NCBI GenBank assembly: GCA_002269645.1
Contig: NIVC01002512.1
Span: forward strand, 1-50,930
Direction of reading: 5' to 3'
Length of the DNA: 50,930 bases
Source of the DNA: Macrostomum lignano
Taxonomy: Eukaryota
Shown here: piece by piece, positions 34,709 to 42,761 of the stretch
Position numbering within the stretch: position 1 is the first letter of the stretch
Layout of the letters: every line of letters begins with the position of its first letter
Made by a program: the position numbers and the translations under genes
Notes under the pieces: generated by a model
Seen by the model: the letters and a program-made list of their open reading frames with translations, nothing else
Told to the model about the DNA's origin: nothing
Databases searched by the model: none

Positions 34709-35473
34709 CTATGTCTCTTCTTCCTCATTATCTTCTTTTATCAGATCTCTTAAGATTCGATTTTTCCTTTCTAACCTAGGGTTGATATATATATGTTTGT
34801 ATTGGCTATCTTCCCAAATTTTTTTACACAAGCTTTTAAATGGTTTTGTATCCAACCCGGGATTAAATCTAGCGTGTATATTTTGTAGATCATAATTATC
34901 TAAATCAAACATTACACAACAACTTGCATTCTTTTTTATAATCGATTCTAATTCTCTAAAGGACTGTGTTAGATAAAAAGCTCCAATTCCATCTCCTCTA
35001 CCACTAACAAAAATTTCCTTTTGCAATTCTTGATCGCCGTCATTAATACAATCATCAAAAATAATTAGTGTTTTATCATTTTTTGGAATTTGATCATAGC
35101 CTAATCGGGTTGATACTCTAACAGTTGGGGCTCGTTCGGTGATGTTTTCTGGATCTTCTGCCATTTTTTTACATAAATCCTCAATGTCATCGAGTGTAAA
35201 TCGCGGTTCGTCATCATCCTCATATTGCTCATATGCTCTTAACATTCTAAACAAGACATCTTTTTTTAATTTGTTTTTTAATCCATGTTTAAGAAATTCA
35301 TAATATTTTATTCTAGGTTTGTTAGTATAAATTATTAAATTATTATAGTCTATCATTCCATCGGTTGTTAACAGGTCATAAACAAAGTGTGTTTTTCCTT
35401 TACCAGACCCACCAATTACTAAACAAAGAAAAGGATCATTTGGAAATATAATATTGTGTTTTGCTTTTACCAT
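34709..35473 (-). CDS. DNA packaging ATPase (A32/FtsK-HerA superfamily)
   Basis: Walker A GGSGKGKT, Walker B LIIFDD and motif SGRG..IGAFYLTQSF. Start probably AAAAATG at 35473. Confidence 0.92.
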   Translation of the reverse strand: MVKAKHNIIFPNDPFLCLVIGGSGKGKTHFVYDLLTTDGMIDYNNLIIYTNKPRIKYYEFLKHGLKNKLKKDVLFRMLRAYEQYEDDDEPRFTLDDIEDLCKKMAEDPENITERAPTVRVSTRLGYDQIPKNDKTLIIFDDCINDGDQELQKEIFVSGRGDGIGAFYLTQSFRELESIIKKNASCCVMFDLDNYDLQNIHARFNPGLDTKPFKSLCKKIWEDSQYKHIYINPRLERKNRILRDLIKEDNEEEET

Positions 35474-35489
35474 TTTTAAAGATAAAATT

Positions 35490-36962
35490 TTACAGCGGCG
35501 CGTCCCGAACAATCGTGCCATCAGCTTTAGCAATTGATAAATATTCCTCTAGAAACAATACGTGTGCGTCTATTGCCTGATTACCGGTTTTATTAATCTC
35601 TAACATATAATTAAGTCCAATATTGGCTACGTTTTCTTTCTGTGCCGTTAGATCATAAACAACCACTGGATGGATGTTTAGAAACTCTGTGGGAGTGTAC
35701 TGAGGGACGGCATACGCTTCATTTTTGGCATAATCTTGATAATATTTTATAAAATCATTAACATCATTATTTGCAATATTTAGATTAAGAGGATCTTTAA
35801 CCGGATAGTATTGATCATCAACCTGCAGGCGGATATTCTGAACATTAAACTCGTTAATAGCCGCAACCTCATTATCTGATGCTGTGGCTGCTTGTGCTGC
35901 TATGGCGTCCGATTGAAGCCAATATAAATCCCCATTTGCTCTTTTACTCCTTCTATTTGTTATCTTAAACCAAACAAAAATATATCTCACCCGACGTTTT
36001 GATGTCAGTATTTGCCACTGGAATGAATCCTGGTTATTATTAATGGTTCGCATAAAATGTCGACGATTCAAATAAAATATTTCCTGATCATGCGTTAACT
36101 GATTATCGACATGTTTTAAAAGTGGAGCTGTTACCTCAATAGTTGGCACGACTAATTGTATTGATGCTATGCGAACTGCTATATCGGTTGAAATAGAGGT
36201 TCCATAAAGTATCCTAGGCTGATATCCACCAGATATTTGCAACTGTACCCCAAATTTTAATCCTTTCCATACCCGATTTGGTGAGAAGAATCCAAATAGT
36301 GGAAAGATTGAAAAGTCTTGCTCATATGCTGTTGCTGTGGTTAAAACTGCAACTGGGAATTTATTCTGACGATCTATAAAACCTGTATTAATCTCTTTTG
36401 TATTAGTCATGGTGGTTACAACTGGAACTATATTGGTATTAAGGTAAGCAATTAGAGCTGCAGTATCTGCACCAGCTGCGTTTTGTACATTAGGGAAAAC
36501 TACTGCTTGACCATTGCCCTTATCAGGCATCCACCCAACATTATCACCAACTTGTTTTGATAAATAAGTATAATTTAAATGTTTCAAAACTCCATTAATC
36601 TCTGCGGGGTTTGATGATGTCTCAACCTCGGCACCATTAACAGTTAGTTGAGCTTGGGAAAAACATTTATAAAACCAATCATTTTCTATTATTATTCCAG
36701 ATCGATCTGCGATATCTCCGGCTGCAAGAGCAGTTCCATCATTTCTAGTATACAACCATCTAACGCGGAAAAATGCATTTTTCATATCCAATATGGTGTT
36801 GGTTGCGCCGATGTCAAAAGCTACCGTTCCACTAGTAAAGTTATTTGTATTATCACTTGTTGGTAGGGTATAATTTAAATCTCTTGCTCTGACCTCATTA
36901 ATATACTGGCGGTGCTTTTTGAAATGAAATTTAACACTCCATATAGTTTTTGTTTCAGCCAT
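35490..36962 (-). CDS. Major capsid protein (double jelly-roll), 490 aa
   Basis: Size, beta-rich composition and position upstream of ATPase-penton-protease. Inferred from synteny, not from a profile hit. Confidence 0.8.
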   Translation of the reverse strand: MAETKTIWSVKFHFKKHRQYINEVRARDLNYTLPTSDNTNNFTSGTVAFDIGATNTILDMKNAFFRVRWLYTRNDGTALAAGDIADRSGIIIENDWFYKCFSQAQLTVNGAEVETSSNPAEINGVLKHLNYTYLSKQVGDNVGWMPDKGNGQAVVFPNVQNAAGADTAALIAYLNTNIVPVVTTMTNTKEINTGFIDRQNKFPVAVLTTATAYEQDFSIFPLFGFFSPNRVWKGLKFGVQLQISGGYQPRILYGTSISTDIAVRIASIQLVVPTIEVTAPLLKHVDNQLTHDQEIFYLNRRHFMRTINNNQDSFQWQILTSKRRVRYIFVWFKITNRRSKRANGDLYWLQSDAIAAQAATASDNEVAAINEFNVQNIRLQVDDQYYPVKDPLNLNIANNDVNDFIKYYQDYAKNEAYAVPQYTPTEFLNIHPVVVYDLTAQKENVANIGLNYMLEINKTGNQAIDAHVLFLEEYLSIAKADGTIVRDAPL

Positions 36963-36996
36963 TTTTTTATGTTAAAAAAGTTTTTTATGTTAAAAA

Positions 36997-37671
36997 ATGA
37001 GTCAATTTATGGACGTTGATGGAGAGTTAGCGATTTATAAAGAGAAGCAAAGATATTCTGATTTTGTTAGAAATTTGCAAAAAAGAAAGTTAGGAATACA
37101 ATTAGCTGGCGAAAGATTTGCTGCTCCTTTTGTTAATCCTATTACTGGGAAAATTAGTGAACTAGAAAAAACAGATAAAGACCTTCTGGAAAAAATTGCT
37201 ACGAATACTGAGCCAAAAGAGGATGAAATTTTGGATGAGCCGCTTGCTTATAGTGTTGCTCAAGCGCTAATGAGACTTGCAGAGATTAGGGGTGCAGAAA
37301 GGGGTGAAGAAGTTGAACAATTTCCAAGAGTACCAGATAGTATTGCTGTTAAAGATTTAGGTGGTGGTAATTATCAAATTGGTGGAGTTAATAAACATCG
37401 AAATGAACTATATAGCGAATTGGGTGGAGCATTTAATATTATTACGAACCCTAGGCTAAGATTTAACCCTGATTTATATACTAGGGATGAATTAGTAAGT
37501 GCTAAAAAATTTTACGATGACTTAGGAGGAGCTGTTAAAAATACCAGCTTGTATAAAAGGATTGTTGATTCTATAAATAACAAGCCAGCTGTTGGTGAAG
37601 GATTTAAAACTCCTAGAAAACTTGTTTTAGCTGCTGCGAAAGCTGCTGGGCATACAGGAATCGCCCCGTAG
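36997..37671 (+). CDS. Polinton hypothetical protein (224 aa)
   Basis: AAAAAATG start, divergent from MCP. Its stop codon TAG lies inside a hairpin repeat. Confidence 0.7.
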   Translation: MSQFMDVDGELAIYKEKQRYSDFVRNLQKRKLGIQLAGERFAAPFVNPITGKISELEKTDKDLLEKIATNTEPKEDEILDEPLAYSVAQALMRLAEIRGAERGEEVEQFPRVPDSIAVKDLGGGNYQIGGVNKHRNELYSELGGAFNIITNPRLRFNPDLYTRDELVSAKKFYDDLGGAVKNTSLYKRIVDSINNKPAVGEGFKTPRKLVLAAAKAAGHTGIAP

Positions 37672-37723
37672 GGTCGCGAACCAAAGGTTCGATTAATTAA
37701 TTGTTAAATTTATTTTTTATAAA

Positions 37724-38390
37724 ATGGATGAAACAAAAATTTGTAGTCGATGTAAAGAAGAAAAATTTTTGTTTGAGTTTAGATATAGAAAAACCCAGAA
37801 TCGATATGAAGGTAATTGCAAAGAATGTGAGAAATTTTATCAAAAGAATATTCGCTATCCTCGATATTATGCTGAAAATAAAGAAAAAATTATAGAGAAA
37901 GTTAAAATATACACACAAAACAATAAAGAAAAAGTTAATCAATATAGAAAAAACAAGATATGGTGAAGATGAAAATTTCAAACTTATTATAAACATGCGA
38001 TCTAGAATAAATAAACTATTAAAATTAACTAATGGCCAAAAAGATAATCATACTATTTATTATCTTGGTTGCACAATTGAATTCTTTAAAGATTGGTTAA
38101 ATTTCACTAAAGATTATTATGTGCCAAAAGATTATATTGGTGTTTTGCATGTTGATCATTTTATTCCTGCTTCATCTTTTGATTATCGCAATGAAGAACA
38201 AATTAAAAAGTCGGAACATTGGACAAATAAAAGATACTTAGCTGCTATTGATAATATAACCAAATCTGTTAAACAACCAACCATTGAAGAATTTGCAAAA
38301 CAATTAGTGTTAACTTGTATTTTTAAGGCTATAAAAAATGAGCAATCATGCGACGCATGCGAACCGAAGGTTCGACCAATTAGTGTTTGA
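37724..38390 (+). CDS. Free-standing HNH-type (homing) endonuclease, +1 frameshift in the A-run near 37945-37952
   Basis: N-part CSRCKEEK..GNCKECEK plus basic repeats. Skipping one A continues as KTRYGEDENFKLIINMRSRI..YLGCTIEFFKDWL..LHVDHFIPASSFD..HWTNKRYL..DNITK, like NCLDV/phage HNH nucleases. Confidence 0.75.
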
Positions 38391-38496
38391 AGGAGGATTG
38401 TTAGATGTTCAAAAAGGATTAACAAGCTTACCACCAATCTTTACTACTGGTAAATATACAGGGGAACTACACCTACCATCAATGAACTTCACAGGT
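38338..38496 (+). CDS. PLA2-integrase fusion gene, exon 1 (53 aa)
   Basis: AAAAAATG start; reads MSNHATHANRRFDQLVFEGGLLDVQKGLTSLPPIFTTGKYTGELHLPSMNFTG, followed immediately by in-frame TAA (the first intron bases). Not in the ORF track. Confidence 0.85.
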
Positions 38497-38799
38497 TAAC
38501 CCGTGGCCTGAGTGGTAGAAGCAAACCTACTGCTAGTCACTATTTGTGGCGACATCTTCAAATTGCGTGAAACCCGTCATACAGCTTCAAGTACCACTTC
38601 AATTGAGAAATCCTTTGAAGGAACAGAGGTAACTCCTCTTCCCAACGGTAACAAGCTTGAAGACAAGGTGGCAATGCGCAGCCAAGCTCCTAAGTATTTT
38701 AAATATAAGGAGAAGGTTCAGAGAGCAGACGGAGATGGGCGGTAATCATCGCCGCTTAAGGTGTGCTCCAGCCTCTTTCGAAAGATTGAGGGTAAACTG
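38497..38799 (+). ncRNA. Group I self-splicing intron, IC1-like, 303 nt, no internal ORF
   Basis: P1: exon CAGGU pairs with GCCUG (38506-10), with U.G at the splice site. P3: CAUCUUC (38553-59) / GGAGAUG (38731-37). P4: UGCGUG / UGCGCA. P5abc with A-rich bulge and GAAA loop. P6. P7: GAGAGCA (38721-27) / UGCUCC (38764-69) with bulged A. P8: GGCGGU / AUCGCC. P9; P9.0 AG/CU; terminal G38799. Splicing restores FTG|PGT. Confidence 0.93.
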
Positions 38800-39948
38800 C
38801 CGGGGACTCGCTTAGATTTGAGATTAAATCCTGACAATACTCCAAAATCTGATTCAATTCCAATAAATGGTATTGACTGGTTAGCATATTATCATGACTT
38901 AGCATACAGAGATGCTGACAAGAACCCGCCCGAGGAAGCACTAAGATTAAAACATGAAGCCGATCAAAAAATGATTCAAGGATTAGATAACTTGCAGGGA
39001 TTATCGGTAGGGCAAAGATTAACTAGGTGGATGGTTAAAAAGATCTTGCAGTCTAAAGTTAAATTTGGTTTGGGAATTAATTACAACCAACATGGAAATA
39101 ATTGTGTCGAGTGTTTGTTGTTAAGTGGTAGTGGGCTAAGTTCTGATAAGGCAAAGGTGCTTCATAAAGAATATAGAAAACCTAAATTTTATAGAAAAAT
39201 CATGAACTTCAAAAAGAATGAAATTTGGTATGCTGATTTAATGTCGCTGCCGAAAGATCTGGGATATAAATATATCTTAACCATATTAGATGGTTTTACT
39301 CGATACGCGTGGGCTGTTCCTTTAAAATCCAAAAAGGGAGAGGAGGTTGCTGCTGCTTTTAGAAGTCTTGATGAAAAAAGCGAAAGGTTGTGTGTTGATG
39401 AAGGAAAAGAATTTTACAATCCTCATATGTATAAATTGTATCATTTTGAAAAAGGAAAAGAAAGGATGAAGGACGCGAATGGGGAGTATATTAATAAAAT
39501 TTATTCTATTTATGGAGAAAGCAAAAACGCATTAATAGAAAGATTTAATCGAACTTTAGGTAAGAAATTATGGTTTCAGTTTAGTCTTAATGGTAACCAA
39601 AAGTGGGTAAAAATATTACCAGACGTAGTGAAAGATTATAACAATTCATATCATTCAGCTATAAAGATGACTCCTCAACAAGCTTATAACAAACCTGAAA
39701 ATGTTAAGGTTACTTTTGGAGAATTTGAAAAAAAGAAAACTAAAGGTTTTAAAGTTGGTGATTCTGTTTATATCTATAAATGGAAAGATAAGTTTGAAAA
39801 GGGAAGAAAAGGATATTGGAAAATAAGTGAGAAATTTACCATCAGTAGGGTTTTAAATACCAATCCTACAACCTATATAATTGCTGATAAGGATGGTGAA
39901 GAAATATTGGGTTCTTTTTATGAGAACCAGATAATGTCTGCGAACTAA
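38800..39948 (+). CDS. PLA2-integrase fusion gene, exon 2: rest of the parvovirus-type PLA2 domain and retroviral-like DDE integrase
   Basis: PGTRLDLRL..PINGIDWLAYYHDLAY..HEADQ (PLA2 HD motif), then WYADLM, ILDGFTRYAWAVPLK, VDEGKEFYN, IERFNRTL and the C-terminal FKVGDSV..GSFYENQI typical of Polinton integrases. Confidence 0.92.
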   Translation, partial: PGTRLDLRLNPDNTPKSDSIPINGIDWLAYYHDLAYRDADKNPPEEALRLKHEADQKMIQGLDNLQGLSVGQRLTRWMVKKILQSKVKFGLGINYNQHGNNCVECLLLSGSGLSSDKAKVLHKEYRKPKFYRKIMNFKKNEIWYADLMSLPKDLGYKYILTILDGFTRYAWAVPLKSKKGEEVAAAFRSLDEKSERLCVDEGKEFYNPHMYKLYHFEKGKERMKDANGEYINKIYSIYGESKNALIERFNRTLGKKLWFQFSLNGNQKWVKILPDVVKDYNNSYHSAIKMTPQQAYNKPENVKVTFGEFEKKKTKGFKVGDSVYIYKWKDKFEKGRKGYWKISEKFTISRVLNTNPTTYIIADKDGEEILGSFYENQIMSAN

Positions 39949-39958
39949 GTTCAAACAG

Positions 39959-40183
39959 TTACTTAAGACAACATGGTAGTAAATTTTTTATAACAAACAA
40001 AAACAATATTATTACTATTATTGTTACTAATATTATTATTGACATTTGTTCAACTGTTATCAAACTTAAATTTTCATTAAGTTCATTAATCGGAACATTT
40101 CCGATGTAGGAGTAATTTACCTTCATTTTTTTATATATATTTTTCATAATAAAAGTCGTTTCTGTTATAGAATAATAATTCAT
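39959..40183 (-). CDS. Small single-pass membrane protein (74 aa)
   Basis: IIILVTIIVIILFLFVI hydrophobic run; AAAAAATG start. Confidence 0.55.
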   Translation of the reverse strand: MNYYSITETTFIMKNIYKKMKVNYSYIGNVPINELNENLSLITVEQMSIIILVTIIVIILFLFVIKNLLPCCLK

Positions 40184-40198
40184 TTTTTAAATATTTTT

Positions 40199-40405
40199 TC
40201 ACAGTTTAAACATTGTGCTTTGCTCCCCCTTATCCCAAATATACTCTAATTCTCCAATTTCAAGCGGATATATCTTTATATTTGGAAATATATATACTTC
40301 GTCTAGTATTTCATCCTTTATTAATTTTTTTATTGAATCAAGTGCATTAAATATTGTTTGAGTTGATTCAACTATTGAAAAGTGGGGTCTGTTAAATAAT
40401 TCCAT
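40199..40405 (-). CDS. Small acidic protein, paralogue of 40409-40723
   Basis: Shares I.DEVY....K.YPLE..E with its neighbour. Confidence 0.6.
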   Translation of the reverse strand: MELFNRPHFSIVESTQTIFNALDSIKKLIKDEILDEVYIFPNIKIYPLEIGELEYIWDKGEQSTMFKL

Positions 40406-40408
40406 TTT

Positions 40409-40723
40409 TTACATAAAAATTTCACTTTCATTCTCAGAATCACTGGTTTCATATGAACTATTTGTTGATTCGGAATCTGTTGATCTAACCTCCCAATCAT
40501 CCGAATTTAAATAATCTCCAAGTTGAAATATTAACTCTCCCTCTTGTTCTAAATCATACATCTCATCCAACTCTAATGGATAAAGTTTTAGGTCATGCTT
40601 GTCGTCATATTTTAAATAAACTTCATCAATTATTCCATTCAAAATATGTTGTTTTATTATCTCTGCATTTTTAGCAACAGTCTCAAAAGTATCACTAACA
40701 GAAAAGGTGTAAACTCGGCTCAT
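40409..40723 (-). CDS. Small acidic protein starting at the right TIR edge
   Basis: The ATG overlaps the TIR boundary; IIDEVYLKYDDKHDLKLYPLELDE; Ser/Glu tail. Confidence 0.6.
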   Translation of the reverse strand: MSRVYTFSVSDTFETVAKNAEIIKQHILNGIIDEVYLKYDDKHDLKLYPLELDEMYDLEQEGELIFQLGDYLNSDDWEVRSTDSESTNSSYETSDSENESEIFM

Positions 40724-41047
40724 TTTTAGTAACAGAAAAAGACCCTTCGCGCCTGCGGCGCGGGCGACGGGTTATAGAGTAGTAGTGGAGAAAAAGACGC
40801 TTCTAGATCAGACCTTATTTTAATGGCCGTTTGTAAGGTCTTAAGAGGGGGGACGCGAGGGGAGTGTTGGGAAGTGTTGGGAATGATTTTTATTGATTTT
40901 TGTTATTAGGGGGTTTTTAGATGTGTTTTTGTTTTGGAGGGTGTTTAGATGTGTTTTTTTATTTCCCCCTCGTGTCCCCCCTCTAGACCCTTAAAACGGC
41001 TGTTAAAAAAGTGCTCTGGGTCTAGAAGCGTCTTTTTCCCTACTACT
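40722..41047 (-). repeat. Polinton right TIR (326 bp)
   Basis: Inverted copy of 23138-23473. Confidence 0.95.
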
Positions 41048-42390
41048 ATGGGGTCAGGCAATTGGATTGGATGGGGTCAGGCAATTGGGTTGGATGGGGT
41101 CAGGCAATTGGATTGAATGTGGTCAGGCAATTGGATTGGATGGGGTCAGGCAATTGGATTGAATGTGGTCAGGCAATTGGATTGGATGGGGTCAGGCAAA
41201 TGGATTGGATGGGGCAGGCAATTGGGTTGGATGGGGTCAAGCAATTGGGTTGGATGGGGTCAGGCAATTGGGTTGGATGGGGTCAAGCAATTGGGTTGGA
41301 TGGGGTCAGGCAATTGGGTTGGATGGGGTCAGGCAATTGGATTGGATGTGGTCAGGCAATTGGATTGAATGTGGTCAGGCAATTGGGTTGGATGGGGTCA
41401 GGCAATTTGGCTGGATGGGGTCAGGCAATTTGGCTGGATGGGGTCAGGCAATTGGGTTGGATGGGGTCAAGCAATTGGATTGGATGGGGTCAGGCAATTG
41501 GGTTGGATGGGGTCAGGCAATTGGATTGAATGTGGTCAGGCAATTGGATTAGATGGGGTCAGGCAATTGGGTAGGATGGGGTCAGGCAATTTGGCTGGAT
41601 GGGGTCAGGCAATTTGGCTGGATGGGGTCAGGCAATTTGGCTGGATGGGGTCAGGCAATTGGATTGGATGGGGTCAGGTTGGATGGGGTCAGGCAATTTG
41701 GCTGGATGGGGTCAGGCAATTTGGCTCGATGGGGTCAGGCAATTGGATTGGATGGGGTCAGGCAATTGGATTGGATGGGGTCAGGCAATTGGATTGAATG
41801 TTGTCAGGCAATTGGATTGGATGGGGTCAGGCAATTGGGTTGGATGGGGTCAGGCAATTTGGCTGGATGGGGTCAGGCAATTTGGCTGGATGGGGTCAGG
41901 CAATTGGGTTGGATGGGGTCAAGCAATTGGATTGGATGGGGTCAGGCAATTGGGTTGGATGGGGTCAGGCAATTGGATTGAATGTGGTCAGGCAATTGGA
42001 TTAGATGGGGTCAGGCAATTGGGTTGGATGGGGTCAGGCAATTTGGCTGAATGGGGTCAGGCAATTTGGCTGGATGGGGTCAGGCAATTTGGCTGGATGG
42101 GGTCAGGCAATTGGATTGGATGGGGTCAGGTTGGATGGGGTCAGGCAATTTGGCTGGATGGGGTCAGGCAATTTGGCTCGATGGGGTCAGGCAATTGGAT
42201 TGGATGGGGTCAGGCAATTGGATTGGATGGGGTCAGGCAATTGGATTGAATGTGGTCAGGCAATTGGATTGGATGGGGTCAAGCAATTGGGTTGGATGGG
42301 GTCAGGCAATTGGATTGAATGTGGTCAGGCAATTGGATTGAATGTGGTCAGGCAATTGGGTTGGATGGGGTCAGGCAATAGGATTGAATG
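41048..42390. repeat. 23-bp G-rich minisatellite, right of the Polinton
   Basis: Same unit as 21808-23137. Confidence 0.95.
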
Positions 42391-42761
42391 GTGTCCTTAA
42401 ACTCCCGATTCAAAGGTTGTTAATTAATTTTCTCAGATGTATATTTCACTGTGACGAGCCGGCACATCTGGATATATGCGCTATATACAGTATATCTTAT
42501 TATTACTATAATATAGGTATTCATTACTTGCGCAGTAAAATGATATGGTGACTACTGTAATGCTAGATGCATTGCTTCGTTTATCTTATTACAAAAACAA
42601 ATTGTCTTCAACAATTGCCAACAGAAAGTTTTTTATCTAATCTCCCTATTGCACAAGCGCGTGCATAAATATCGTTTTATAGCGTCCGTCTGCCTGTCCG
42701 TCTGTCTGCCTGTCCGTCTGTCTGCCTGTCCGTCTGTCTTCCTGTCCGTCTGTCTGCGTCG

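Larger units (their letters stand above)
23138..41047. mobile_element. Polinton/Maverick (adintovirus-like endogenous dsDNA virus), 17,910 bp, near intact
   Basis: Termini AGTAGTAGGGAAAAAG...CTTTTTCCCTACTACT. TIRs at 23138-23473 and 40722-41047. 6-bp TSD ATGGGG at 23132-23137 and 41048-41053. AT-rich and gene-dense, with pPolB, INT, PRO, ATPase and capsid genes. Confidence 0.97.

Noticed and set aside
34630-34728. N-terminal extension of the penton ORF (MRKKRHSSF...)
   Set aside because: Encoded by the hairpin cluster and the ATPase overlap; AAAAATG at 34629 is the better start. The same applies to the ATPase extension 35474-35533.
38497-38799. Reading the insert as a spliceosomal intron or as coding ORF 38512-38745
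   Set aside because: The ends are TA...TG, not GT-AG. A GT-AG reading would not restore FTGPG, whereas the group I pairings explain the whole segment.
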